Positions 24,600 to 37,442 of a DNA stretch of 64,000 nt are shown in pieces (the stretch's first letter is position 1; each line of letters opens with the position of its first letter). This DNA comes from Tubulanus polymorphus (lineage: Eukaryota; Animalia; Nemertea). The DNA is taken from NCBI RefSeq assembly GCF_964204645.1, contig NC_134035.1, forward strand, positions 6,200,001 to 6,264,000. Reading direction: 5' to 3'. Position numbers and translations under genes: made by a program. Under the pieces are notes generated by a model. It saw only the letters and a list, made by a program, of their open reading frames with translations, was not told where the DNA came from and ran no database searches.

Positions 24600-26135
24600 T
24601 AAGGATGAATTTTTCGTAAAAGCCATTAACCGACTGAGATGGAATAACTTCCACCATCTACCGCACACTGGGAACAAAGGGTATGGCGGTGTTGGTGTTC
24701 TCAAAGGCACAACCAGTTTGGTCGAAATACTCAAATCGGACTCATTCACAACCTTTGATGTGATGCAGCTGCAGATTTGACTGAAAATCGGCTTAGATGT
24801 ATTGTGATTTATCGACCACCGCCATCTCGTGCTAATTAACTGTCCGTCGATCAATTTTTTTGTCGCGAGTTGACTGAATTCCTACAGTCTTTGTGGCATA
24901 ACTTTCATTTGGACAAACCTGCATTGCCAGATTCAAAGCAGTTCCCGGATATTCTGGACACTTTTGCACTCTCTCAGCATGTGTGTAAACCGACACATTG
25001 CGCCGGTCATATTCTCGACGTGGTTATAACGAGACGTGATGCCAAATTTCTTCAGTCGTTGAGTGTCAGTGAATTAGTATCTGATCACAACCTCGTGATC
25101 TGTGGTCTACTCGAGCCACGTACAAGGTAGCTGCAGAACATTTACACTGATTCTTTTAAAGCACGCCTTTCGGTGATTGATAATGGTATTTCCCAATTCA
25201 CTGACGTTCTGTCTCAATTTTGATCAGGAGTTATAGGCGCTGCTCTTGATCAACATGTACCGGTTAAAATCGAGTGCCTAACCTTACGTCCGTCTCGACC
25301 GTGGTTCACGGACGGAGTCCAGAATGCAAAATGTGCAAAACGTAAGGCTGAGCGTAAAAAGAAGAGGACTAGACTCCCAATTCACAAAGAACTGTTTCTA
25401 GCCGCCCAGGCATTACGATACGAATCTTAAAACGGCTAAGTATTCTCACCATTACAACGAAATCTACAATGCAGCTGGTGACCAAAAACGTCTTCAACAG
25501 AACCAGATACTTTTCAGTGGGAAGTCGTCGACATTATTTGACACGATCGATCACGGTATTCTGCTATCCGTATCAGGCAGTACTTGGGCATCGGTGTCAC
25601 CACACTGAAACGGTTTAATTCTATTTGACCAATAGGTCATTCATAGCAGTTAAGATAGATGTACGGACATCTGAACCGCACAGTTTAAAGTATGGGGTGC
25701 CACAAGGCTCGGTACTGGCCCCTTACTGTTTCTTATATATGTGCTGCCTCTTGGCAACATCATTTGGAAACATCATTAATCATTTGGGCTAGACAGACAC
25801 GTTTTTGCTGACGACAATCAGGTCTTTAAACTACTTAAATCCATCCATGTACTAAACGCTCAGATTAACAACGTTGGACATTGTCTCCTTGCGATCTACG
25901 ATTGGTACGCAGCAAATTCTCTTAAAGCCACATTGCTTTCAAGACTGAAGTGTTTCTATTGGGCACCAAACACCATCTTAAGTCCTTCGATCTTCAATCA
26001 TTAACTGCAGCTTGAGTCGGTCTAAATTTCTCAGACTCCCATCCGAAATATGGGCGTCGTGTTTGATTCTGAACTATCGATGGTACCGTTCATATATTAA
26101 GACACATATTATTATTATCATTATTATTATTATTA
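24600..26135 (+). mobile_element. Degenerate L2/CR1-group LINE (APE + partial RT)
   Basis: IYRPP, QHVCKPTHCAGHILDVVIT, SDH (APE); FDTIDHGILL, YGVPQGSVL, FADD (RT); many frameshifts and deletions; (TTA)n at ~26110-26135. Confidence 0.85.
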
Positions 26136-26499
26136 AGGCCAGGATCGACATCAAAATCCCCATATTGACTTTTTGATCTTAAAATAGGGATTGTCCCCAT
26201 TATTTATTTATTTGGCTGGTAAATTTTGTTTGATTTTTCGATTGAGTGTCCCTTACAGACCCACCACACCTGCCGGGAGCGAAACAGGGGGTTTGATTTT
26301 GAAATCGGAAATCGAAGTACAGGTATAGATGTGTGATCGGCGGTCGAGTTAACAGAATATTTTTAAATCGAACTACATAATTGGAAATTCGGTTCCGGTT
26401 CATCCAAACAATCTTCCATTCAGTCTGAACCGGCAAGCGACTGATTGGGATGAATTTTTCTGGTTGCCTAATTTAAAACATTGAGATTCTGGAAATAGC

Positions 26500-26830
26500 T
26501 ATATTACAAGGTTGAAGATCATTTTGTCCATTTTTATATTTTTTTGGTCGTTTTCTACGTGTAAATAGTCCGAAAATTTATTGTGGTTTTTTCTCGGGTA
26601 GACGTTGATGTAGAAGTCCTCTAAGTTGATTGTCCCGCGTGTTGACTAGATAGGAAGAAAGCACATTTCGAAACGCAAATTTTCCAGATGAGAGTATGTC
26701 TCTGTGGTATCCGAAGTGTAGTTGTATGACATCGACGGTGCAGCTCCGATGAGGATAGGTTCTCCGTCAAGGGGTGCGCAGTTGGTACTCCACATCTGGT
26801 GCTGAATTTGCCTAAAAGTAAAAGTTTTAC
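26500..26830 (-). mobile_element. Possible Penelope-like RT relic
   Basis: TFRQIQHQMWSTNCAPL resembles the PLE motif F.Q..GIPMGTNCAPL; heavily decayed. Confidence 0.4.
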
Positions 26831-27143
26831 ACTGGGAGCAGTTTTGTGTTTCTAATATACAGTGCATTAAAAAACCTTCCCGATTTTCTATTCGGTGATG
26901 AGACATCGGAAAGAGTAGATGAGTACAATTATCTTGGAATTTTGTTTAATTGGGATGGAAAATTTACAAAATCGAAAAAGCAGAGTTCCTGAAATGTTTG
27001 GATTTTTTAGAAAATTATTTCTGAATCTGAACCCTGGATTTTTATGCGCGCGGCAAAAACTGACCACCGATTTTTATTTCGCGCTCATGTCGCATCGTTT
27101 TTCTCCGTCACAGCAAATCTGAGAAAAGATTTTGGCATAAATG

Positions 27144-27571
27144 AAAACTAGAGATTCATACGGTTTAAATGTTGCTTAAACTGTCAAAATCCATCCAGGA
27201 ACAGATTATACATGATAAAATACGCATCACAAATAGTCTTTAAAAAGGAGAAAAAAAATGACCCAACACAACGCAATGCGGCATTACCGCTGAGCTTTAC
27301 CGGGAAGATCCGTGCTTTCGTTGGTAATAAACCATTTTACGGTTGCAGCCGCCATTTTATTTGTTTGTTTTTTTTTTCACTCATTCATATTTTATTGCTC
27401 ACAAAAAATAATTTGCATAGAGCATAAAGGGTACTTTGGTCCTGTATTGTTGGGTCATTTTTTTCTTCGTTTTAAAGACTATTTGTGATGCGTATTTTAT
27501 CATATTACATCTGCGCCTGGATGGATTTTGACAGTTTAAGCAACATTTAAACCGTATGAATCTCTAGTTTT
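27144..27571. mobile_element. MITE with ~125-bp TIRs
   Basis: AAAACTAGAGATTCATACGGTTTAAATGTTGCTTAAACTGTCAAAATCCATCCAGG...TGACCCAACA is mirrored at ~27448-27571. Confidence 0.9.
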
Positions 27572-29130
27572 ATACATTTTTGTATAATTGCCTTAATTTG
27601 GCAAATCCAATCAGATACATATAAATCTTTTTTGTATAAGTCGTACAAAATATTATACATTACTAGCTTCAGCTTTGACTTGTTAGCATTCAAAATTCAT
27701 TTGTTCCAATGTTTAATCATTCTAAGTTTAATAGTAGTCGATAAAGGTAATCTGCCAGTCTCGCCATATATCATAGTATTATGGCAAAATTTCGTTACTT
27801 TTAGAACTAATCTACAAAACCTTGTGTGGACTTTTTCTAGGATATCGATATTTTCATGGCCCCATATTTCGCACCCGTATAATAAAATTGGTGCCACACA
27901 ACAGTCAAATAATTTTTAAAGTAAGCCTGGAGGAAGACTATATCTTCTGCCTTTTTGAATAATAGCAAACATTGCTCGAACAGCTTTGTCGTGAATTGCT
28001 TTTTTTCGCATTTGCAAATTTTCCATCCCAATTAAACAAAATTCCAAGATAATTGTACTCATCTACTCTTTCCAATGTCTCATCACCGAATAGAAAATCG
28101 GGAAGGTTTTTTAATCTTTGCTTCGATCTTGCGAAAATCATTATTTTCGTTTTATCAATGTTAACGAATAACTTGTTTACTTGGCAATAATCAAAGAGTA
28201 TATTTGAATTATTTTGTAATTCAGATTCTGATTCTGCAAATAAAATTGTGTCGTCTGCATATAATAATACAAATAATTTCAGTAATATCTCAATTTCTTC
28301 TTCATAAGTTCTTTTGTATACTTTACTAATAAAGCCGAGTGAGTTACAGTTGTTATCGTTGAAGGATTAATCAATATCGTAAAGGAAAATAGCGAATAAC
28401 AGGGAGGAAAGACTTTCACTCTGTCTTACTCCGATGTTTGAAGGGAAAAAATTTGAAGTATCACCTTTAAACGATACACCAAGATTTGGAATTCAAATAG
28501 AGGTTGTGCACGGTGTTAAAAAAGAGACCTTTTATACCTAAAGCCATCATCTTTTTCCATAATGAAATTCTCCATACGGAGTCAAGGGCCTTGCGGAAGT
28601 CTTGCGAAACAACAAAAAAGACGTCTACCTTGATTAAGGCATAGCTCAACAATAGACTTAGTGTGAATAGATGATCGGTAGTAGAAAACCCCGATCTAAA
28701 ACCTGCTTGATTTTCACTTAAAAGTTTATTTACATTCATAAAACATGTTAATCTATTATCAAGGATATTTGTAAAAAGTTTGCCTAAACAACTTACTAGC
28801 GTTATACGTCTATAATTATCTGTACAATTAATATTGCCTTTATTTTTTAATATTGGTTTAATAGAGGTTATAGTCCAGCTTTCTGTGATAATGCCACTCA
28901 TTAATACAATATTAAAGAGTTGAAGATCGGGAATTTCTTATCATTTCATTACAAATTAGATCCATACCGGTAGCTTTGTTGTTTTTTTAAGGAAGAAATA
29001 GCTTTATTTAATTCTATCATAGTTATTTCAGCATTAAGCATAGAGTCATCTATATCGTCTAAAAGTAGATCTGTTTCCGTATCCAAAACTTGGTCTCATA
29101 GTGAGCGTTTAGGTCAGCAAAGTGATCAAA
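27572..29130 (-). mobile_element. Degenerate non-LTR retrotransposon RT (RTE-X/CR1-like)
   Basis: ENQAGFRSGFSTTDHLFTL, DFRKALDSVWR, GVRQSESLS, LLYADDT, YNYLGI, PILLYGCEIWG, IYGETGRLPL across several frameshifted ORFs. Confidence 0.88.
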
Positions 29131-29207
29131 AAAGTCATTTGATGTAAGACAAAAATTCACCCAAGCGCCACCTGGTGTACGATGACGGCATACTAAAAGA
29201 AATTCAA

Positions 29208-29310
29208 CGTTGGTTGTAAGATCGCGAGTTGGTTGTATAATATTGCGAGTTGGTTGTAAGATTGCGAGTTTGTTGTATACTATTGCGAGTTGGTTGTAAG
29301 ATTGCGAGTA
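29208..29310. repeat. ~20-bp tandem repeat, 5 copies
   Basis: GTTGGTTGTAAGATTGCGA units. Confidence 0.85.
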
Positions 29311-30572
29311 CGTTGTTTAAATGCGATGTAGGAGTTTTTGATAGTATGGCGTTCCATAGAAACGTTCATCCGAGAATGTGCAGCGATGAAAACACACAAT
29401 CAAGTGAATTACTCGTTTAACACCGAGCGTAAAGGCAAAATCCACCGAACTCGCCCTCAAAATATACATGATATGTCACAATTTTTCCAACGAGCAAGTT
29501 CCGCGTGACGCGCATATAAACGACGAATTCAAGAAGCGATTTGTGGAGGTAATTCTTGAGGTGGGATCGGTCACTATGTGTACGCTATTTCCGATAAGTA
29601 AAGCTAGATGGACCACTAGTGATAGGTTCCGACTTTTCAGAAATGAGTACTATCCTCTATGATGAAAATTAATGTGAATGACCTGCGAACAAGAAACAAG
29701 AAAGTTGCACAGGGCAATTTGAAAATGTATTTAGTAAATTGTTTTGCAAATTATATAAATTTTGCGAATTTACAAAAATCGATCGACCTTACCGGTTATC
29801 ATGTCTCACAATCAGTTCTGCATCAGACATGTGTGTAATATCCTTACATACAAAATCAAAAATTTCGGAATGAAATGTAACATTTCGTTCGAACGAAAAG
29901 ATTGTTCCGTTTCCACGAAAAAAAACTTCACCATGTCGATACCGTATACACATTTTATAGAAAATATCTACAGTTCAACCAGTTACCAATTTTCATCGAC
30001 AAATCGACGTGTAGCAAAACGAATTTGAGTAAAAACATATGTACCGGTTAATACAATTGTATATACCAGCTTTCGAATGATACCAAGTTTGCAAATTTTG
30101 GGGGTTACCTTCAGGGTCTGAACCCCAGGTCAGTGACCCCGAAGGTCATCCATAATCAGCGCTATCATCAGATTTATTCTGAGACGAATTATTATCAGAA
30201 TCTTTCGATACTGTGTCCAAAATATCAACCAAACTCACTAGAGAGCGTCTTTAGTGCATTGGCCATTACTACTGACTTACTCATCTCCAGAGATCTGACG
30301 CACGTGACACGTGGTTTCTATACCCCCAACTACGTGCCAAATGTGTGTAATACCAAAAATACATAAATGTATCTTTGTAATATGAATATCACTTTCCTAC
30401 ATTTTAGACATTGTATGCTGTCTGGTGTCGCCATCTGCTAAGAGGAAAATGAGTTAGATGATACGCTGAAATCAATATTTGACTGCGACCGATTGCTGGT
30501 TCAAGGGTTCAAAACACTAAAAAAAGTAATGATTCAAATCATGAATCTATTGTTGTTAACCTAAGGTTAGAA

Positions 30573-33508
30573 TTAACCAATTTCTTCTAGTTGATGTTCA
30601 TCGACAGTCGGGTTTAACAAGTTGTTTTTAGGTCGGTCGATATCGCTGATAGTTTGAGGCATCGGTACACCTCTAGTTTCCGGTAAGGGTAACATCAGTA
30701 AAGCGGTTACCAGTCCAATACATCCGAGAATCACGCCCGGCAACCAAGATATAGATAGAGCCTGAAACAATTCAATCGCAATGTTGAAATGTAAAACAAG
30801 TGACAGGATTGAAAATGCACGAAATAAAAACCTACCAAATAAGCGGCGAATGGTGCTGTCATCGAACCTATTCGGGCAAATGCCGATGCAATACCCACAC
30901 CGCGGTTTCTGAAAAATAGATAATAGTACAGTGTAAAAGGAAACCAATTTTCTCTTTTAAGTTATTTTAAAGGAAGAATCTCACCTGAAGTTAGTCGGAT
31001 AAAGTTCACTGGTATGGATAAAGATTATGCCAAACGCTGCTGTGCAGCAGAATTTTCCTGCAGTATTTAACGTCATAATTAACGGAACCAAATTCGTCTC
31101 TCCTAGGAACACAAGTTTTACACAAGATTCTAAGACATTTTATGATAGAATTGTTTCTAGAAACTATCCTGGACATTATCCCTACCGACACTTTCAGGAC
31201 AGAACGTCGCAGCTACCAAAACTAGACCGGTTATTGCATAAAGCAACATCAAGAATACTCGTCTTCCAATACTGAAAAACATCGTACATATAAATATGTA
31301 CATTTAAATACAGTATTTGATTTTATACAGCTCTTGTACAGCTCTTATACAGCTTACAATTGTAGTACAAAGTGCATCACAATGTAACTTGGTATTTCGA
31401 TGGCAGCAGCCAAAAAATAATTAGCAAATCGACCCCCGGCCATTATCGTCGTACTCAGTGTCAACCCGTAATAAGTGAGACTTGTAAAAGACCTGCAAGA
31501 AGGAAAAAAAGATTTCAGTGAAGAAAACCAAACGCGTGCGTACCCCACTTAGCCTGAATTATTCAGAAAATGAAACACATAATCGGCCGTAAGACATAAA
31601 AGTCTTTACGTAAAAGGTATGTCTATGTTCGTAACACGAATGTGCATTGAACAATACCGATACTTACCAGATAAAAGCTTCTAGTATCGTGTATAGACGC
31701 AGTTTTGGATGTTTGAGTATGTGTAAAATTCCAATCGTTTCATTATCCGAGTCTCCACTACCCTTAGAACAGCCGACCATATTTCTAAACACTAATTTAA
31801 CTCTGTGCACAACCGACCTTTTATCTGAATTTAATGCATAATAAGAATGGTGAATAAATGCAAGGAAACTTATACTATGCAGGGGTAGGAGCAATTTTAG
31901 TTCATCTATTAATCAACTTATTCTCAATTCGTCTGACGTGATCGAGTTTTTGATTTGGAGGATACATATTACCTGTGAGTAAGATCGCCATGCTCGATGG
32001 CAACGTTGCATTTTACTATAGATTATGAAACATTTATCATAGAATTAAGATGAAAATAATTTTTTTCATATCTTATGAATGATTGAACAGTCAATTGTTC
32101 ACCTTGCTTAGCAGTTTCTGTGGTTTTTCTAATAGCAGAAATGGTGGCTGGTGAAAGCGAACGTTTGTTGAATTTCGCTGCTTTTCTCAAAATTCTGATC
32201 GCTTCTTCGGGTCTGGAATTAGCGACGAGCCACGCCACAGATTCATCGTAAAACCTTATTACAAAATAATATGATGAATATCTAAAATTTTGAATGCACA
32301 TTTTGTTATCCAAAAAATGTATTTACCAAATTCCTAGAATGGCGAAACAAGGAATGATACCCCCGACGATTTGCAGGTATTTCCAGTGAGTGAAATAGTA
32401 GCCGCAAACTCCAGTTAAAAGCATTCCAATTGTAAATGAAAGCATGTGATATGCGTTAGCGAATGAACGTTGATCGGTCGGAAACCACTCACAAACCAAA
32501 ACATAAGAGGCTATGCAGGCACCCTAAAGAAACAAGCAAACCATTTAAAGCCGGGGACGGAAAAAATTATTCTATTGTTATTCAGATCTTTTTTGTAATT
32601 TCTTTCTTATGCATGTTATATCAATTTCTTGAGTAATTCTTAACGGTCTAGGAATTGAATAATTTTTAGGCTTTAGTTCATCATCGATCATAGAAATCAT
32701 TTACTATATTGAAAAGTCCGCTAAAGAATTTCATCGTGATTAAAAATGTTTGGTTGACAAAAATGACAGGAAGGAACATCGAAACAGCGAGCATTAGAGA
32801 ACAGACTATATAGGGAATCTTCCTGCCAAAATAATCCGACCAAGGTGGCGCTACTACACTTCCGGTCAAAATACCCCCGAAATATATCGACATTGCTAGA
32901 GCGTTCATGTGACTGGATTCACAAACCCACGAAAACTGAAAATAGATAAAATAATTTTATCATTTTTCTTTTGATTGGATCATTGCGATTTCTGCAGAAT
33001 GACTGACTGACCTGTTCGGTAAGAGTGTAATAACCATGTGACCGGTAATAGTAACCGTTTTGACAGACGACTGTGGTATTATCTGTAATTGACTTGAATT
33101 GTCGACACTGATCGAGTTTAATTTCTCCATCCTCACTAGTTGTATACGGTATCGACTGGTTCACTGTTTGGTTTACCGTAGGCAGTTTACAATGATGTTC
33201 CGGAATCCACCCTAAATTTCAAAATATGAAAGTTTTTATTATGTTATCAGTTGGTTTAATGTTAGAGTAATTTTAGTTGAAATTTATGATACATATCATG
33301 CAATGAGGTTCAGTGCTAAAGATTTCATGAAAGTCTACTTTTAGGGCCTACTTTTCGGAATACATATAATAAGATATTGTTTACCTTGAAATATCAGATC
33401 TAGTGTAGATATTGCCCACGATAAAGCCGTTATTTCGATAATGATTAATTGAAAAATCTGATATTTTCCATATCTCCCTAAATCCTTCAAAGCGGTTTCA
33501 ACTTCCAT
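30573..33508 (-). CDS. SLC22/Orct-like transporter, copy B
   Basis: Same 11-exon layout as copy A; ATG at 33508 (MEVETALKDLGRYGKYQ), C-terminus LPETRG...EHQLEEIG*; no stop or frameshift noticed. Confidence 0.92.
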
Positions 33509-33778
33509 CGTGTAGCAAAAGACGTGTACTGAAAAACGAAACTATTTTGAACCGATACATTATTATACTATACTTTACTGTCGATAGACTTGTAAACTAC
33601 GTAAATAAAATGTAAAAAAATCTTTTGATTTATACTTCTCTTTATATCTAAGGTTTGATTGACAGCATTTTACTGTTTACGGTAATGGTAACTAAGGATT
33701 TTTTTAAAAGAATTTCTATGGTTAAATGAACTCGCTATTTTGGTTACTCCTTGAGTCCGTAGCGAATGTAGAATACGT

Positions 33779-33845
33779 CAGCTTTTCATCATTGAAGTAG
33801 CAAGTTCTGCGTCGCTCTTTCCTTCGTTGGGTTTGCTATTCCAAG
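33779..33845 (+). pseudogene. Inverted relic of SLC22 exon 1
   Basis: QLFIIEVASSASLFPSLGLLFQ(G) followed by donor GTAATA; opposite strand to the array; no start codon. Confidence 0.75.
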
Positions 33846-34472
33846 GTAATAATTACATGCATCGAATATCTTTCCATTAAGACTCCTTCATTTAAATTTC
33901 TTGGATAGCATAATCGTGACATACTTTTCGAGAAAAGTGGTAATTTTCACGCCAATTCTTTGTGACGGAGAAATCTACCGGCAATGATGTTTCGCCGTTG
34001 GCAGCAAATTCTGTTGATTTATTTTGATGATTATCATGGTACAAATATAAAAACATAATTTGTTACATAAATTATACATATAATATATGACAATCATCAG
34101 GACCTCGGAAATCATTTTATGATTGTCAGGCCGAGGCTCTGGAGCAGATCACAAATGCAATTTTACCACCAAATCCAATTATGAAAAAAGAAGATTGAGA
34201 ATGATAGAATAATTGAAATTCAAAAAAATTATGAATTAAACCTATTTTAATCGTGATTATAATCGTAGATCCTATTGTAAAACCTAACATGGTTATTTTC
34301 ACCTTGGAGACAGTGAAAGACAACGATCAACGGGTAAGACAAGGGGAAATGCTCGAGCAAACGCAGCAGGAAACTGACCAGTTATAAAGCAGAACACTGA
34401 CAATTCTATAATCCTAGTGGTCAAAAGGCTCGCATAAAACTATAACAGCGTAGATATTTTACTAAATTTAGT

Positions 34473-34931
34473 CTAGATTTAGATGCACTTGAGGATCCAT
34501 GGCTCCGAGACGTAAGTGTTCAAACTCAACTCGAAGTTTCTGATAAAGATATTCAATGCGACTTAGTGCAATTTGAAAAGACTTTCTGTGATGCCAGTTC
34601 TCAGTGCACGATTGAAAATACAGATTTAAACGTTTTGTCGCCGTTGGAAACTTCAGATTCGCAAACAGCTAAAAAGGAAAATTTTATTCGAAATATGATC
34701 TCAGAAAATAACCGGCTAAAATTCGAAAACCAAGAGCTCGAAAAGAAATATACTGGAATGTGCGTTCGTATTCCTGCGCTCGAACAACAAGTTTATCGGT
34801 CAATGCAGATCATGAGCAGTTTGAATATCTGTCCCAACAGTACAGACTCTGGGACAGCGCGCCTCCCGTCTGATATTGTCAGAAAATCAAAGAAAAGGCA
34901 CTCAAACGGCTATAGAAAAAAATGTATTTAG
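34473..34931 (+). other. Orphan open frame with repeated QT/QC motifs and a coiled coil, probably transposon-derived
   Basis: Frame is open upstream of the listed ORF: DVSVQTQ, DKDIQCD, DASSQCT, TSDSQTA, then ENNRLKFENQELEKK. Confidence 0.35.
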
Positions 34932-35357
34932 TGGGTTTCTTGTGTTTTGCTCACGTCCGCAAGCACGATGAAATCATTTAGTACATATTTGAATTTATTT
35001 GCCAATATCATGATGTATGAAAACTAACTAATTGCTTAGTGCATGTCTGCGAGCATGATTAATGTTAATTGAGATCGAATGGAAATAGAATGACAAAGTA
35101 AGATTAGACTTGATGTATGTCACAGTAGATAAAAAGAATTATATACATATTACAGTATATGGGATTGAATAATATGAACACATGTACGCAACAGTTGCGG
35201 TATAAAATGTAAATACGTAATGATCGAATTAAAAGGATTATTCAGTGTACGTCCGCTGATTCCTTTACTGCATCGCATACGAAGAAAATAATGATTTTTC
35301 TAAAACCTAGAATAGACTATGTGTCATTTATGTAATTTAACTGTTTTTGTATTTTCT

Positions 35358-36186
35358 ATGGTGGCTGATAAGGGCCAGAGCGTAAAATTTGGCGCGCCAA
35401 AACGGAGAAAATTCCGTTTTGGCGCCCTCGCCAAAACGAAATTTCGTTTTGGCGCCCCCACCAAAACAACGAAAAACGTCGAAATTTCTCTAAAAGTTCG
35501 TTCTGGCGCGCCAAAACGGAGAATATTCCGTTTTGGCACCCCCGCCAAAACGAACTTTAAACCACGTAAAATAATTCTATATATACGTAAAATATTTTCA
35601 TATATGCAAATTTATGCAAATTACACACAAGATCAACGCGCCAAATTGAAAAACAATTTTACTGTGGTTGAATGCTTGTTTTGGCGGGGGCGCCAAAACG
35701 GAAATAACCGCGCCAAAACGAAATTTTCTTAGTTTTGGCGCGCCAAAACCAACTTTTAGAGAAATTTCGACGTTTTTCGTTGTTTTGGCGGGGGCGCCAA
35801 AACGAAAGTTCGTTTTGGCGGGGACGCCAAAACGGAATTTTCTTCGTTTTGGCGCGCCAAAACGAACTTTTAGAGAAATTTCAACGTTTTTCGTTGTTTT
35901 GGCGGGGGCGCCAAAACGAAAGTTCGTTTTGGCGGGGGTGCCAAAATGAAAGTTCTCTCCGGAATTTTCTCCGTTTTGGCGCGCCAAAACGAACTTTTAG
36001 AGAAATTTCGACGTTTTTCGTTGTTTTGGCGGGGGCGCCAAAATGAAAGTTCGTTTTCTTTGTTTTGGCGCGCCAAAACGAACTTTTAGAGAAAATTGGA
36101 CGTTTTTTTTCGTTTTGGCGTTCTGGCGTTCTGGTGCCCTCATTTACATACCATGAATTTTACGCTATGGCCCTTATCAGCCACCA
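35358..36186. mobile_element. Foldback MITE, long copy with internal ~90-130-bp tandem units
   Basis: Same TGGTGGCTGATAAGGGCC termini as 23461-23682; two oppositely oriented arrays of TTTTGGCG..CGCCAAAA units. Confidence 0.88.
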
Positions 36187-36673
36187 TAATTTTCATTTGT
36201 TCTGAACATTTTTCTAGTCTTCATTAAGCATTCGTGCACGATAGCGCACACTAGATGTGCACTCGTGCGCACACTGAAGGCAAATGGCTTAGATTACAAG
36301 GTAGGAGTTTGTTGAAAAGTAGAAGAGCATTTTGTTGCTATTATTAAAACATAAGGATTTATAAGGGATGGTTAGCGTAGTTCAGGAGGGAATAGAATAG
36401 AAGTTGTAGGACTGAACATACCAAATAGGGTAAGGTAAGAAGCGGGTGAGATTATGGTTTAGGAATGTGAGAAATATACGAATTAGTATATAAGTCTAAG
36501 GTTTTTGGATCAGGGAAAGAACTGGAGGGAGTTGAGAAAGAGAGGGAGAAAATGCAGAAATAATGTAACTAATAGTACGATAACCACACTCAAACGTGGT
36601 GAACGGATAATAGGATAAAAACCCACTATATTGAAAGAATTTAAAATCGAGAATTTATTTCTAAAATGTAAAA

Positions 36674-36715
36674 ACACAACGTTTCGATCTCACACTAGAG
36701 ATCATCGTCAGGTGA
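36674..36715 (-). ncRNA. Minimal type I hammerhead ribozyme, second copy
   Basis: UCAC-CUGACGA-U-GAUCUC(UAGUGU)GAGAUC-GAAA-CGUU/GUG; stem II intact with only a loop substitution; GUU triplet; 3-bp stem I. Confidence 0.68.
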
Positions 36716-37108
36716 GCCAATGTAACTAATATAGGAAGGAAATAAAGAAAGACTTGTTATCACTTAATATCCACAGTGGTACAGCATTAGTTAGAACAAC
36801 AATTGAGGACAGTCAGTGGATACAGCACTGGTTGCGAAGAACGTCAAGATATAACAAGTGGGGGAGAATTCAGTGGCATAACAATTGGTAGAAATTGTTA
36901 AGTACCATTACAGCAGCAAGATTGAACCACTTTTCTCGCAAGAATCATAACCTACACCGTGTACGTCCTGATATGATCTATTTGCATCACCTAACCTGTA
37001 TTGCGCATGTAAAAATGTGACAAGTTACAGACTGAGTGAGAGTCTCGGGTAAGAGATAATAGGGCTACATGAAGATATTCCATGAAGAATAATTCCTGTG
37101 ATTATTAC

Positions 37109-37178
37109 CTTGGAATAGCAAACCCAACGAAGGAAACGGTAAAGCATATCACACTACCTATATGATGAGAAGTTCCAT
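37109..37178 (-). pseudogene. Relic of SLC22 exon 1 (internally deleted, with stops)
   Basis: cgATGGAA start context as in the real exon 1, then LLII*VV*YALPFPSLGLLFQ(G)|GTAATA. Confidence 0.75.
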
Positions 37179-37442
37179 CGTGAAGCGGACTCGAGGAAGT
37201 AATCTGTCTGAGCTAGGTCCGCACCTGTCTGCGAGCACTGCAGGCTTCGTGATAAAACGTTTGAAACGAATGGGAAAATTGTAGAGATATTTTGTTTTTA
37301 CGCGGAGGTATTAAACACAGTATGTGGTAATACGATGTAAAGAGGAAATTTCAGTATTAGGTCTCAATTCATCATTAGGGCGCCCTAATGGTAATTTGAT
37401 ACTTGATACAGTAATTTCCCCCAGCTGACACAGCGATTACAT

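Noticed and set aside
31973-32015. Candidate extra microexon in copy B intron 5 (AG...CAG|GTAATA on -)
   Set aside because: 43 nt would shift the frame and it is absent from the other copies; at most a poison exon, with no support.
35319-36076. Several overlapping repetitive ORFs (FRFGAPK..., WRGRQN...) here and at 23274-23713
   Set aside because: They come from the palindromic tandem units of the foldback MITE and are open in many frames on both strands.
35358-36186. Palindromic repeats with spacers resembling a CRISPR array
   Set aside because: The spacers themselves repeat, the context is eukaryotic, and no cas genes are present.
36258-36272. Three overlapping TGCRCNC metal-response cores
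   Set aside because: Short motif, far from a start codon, and not conserved in the other array units.
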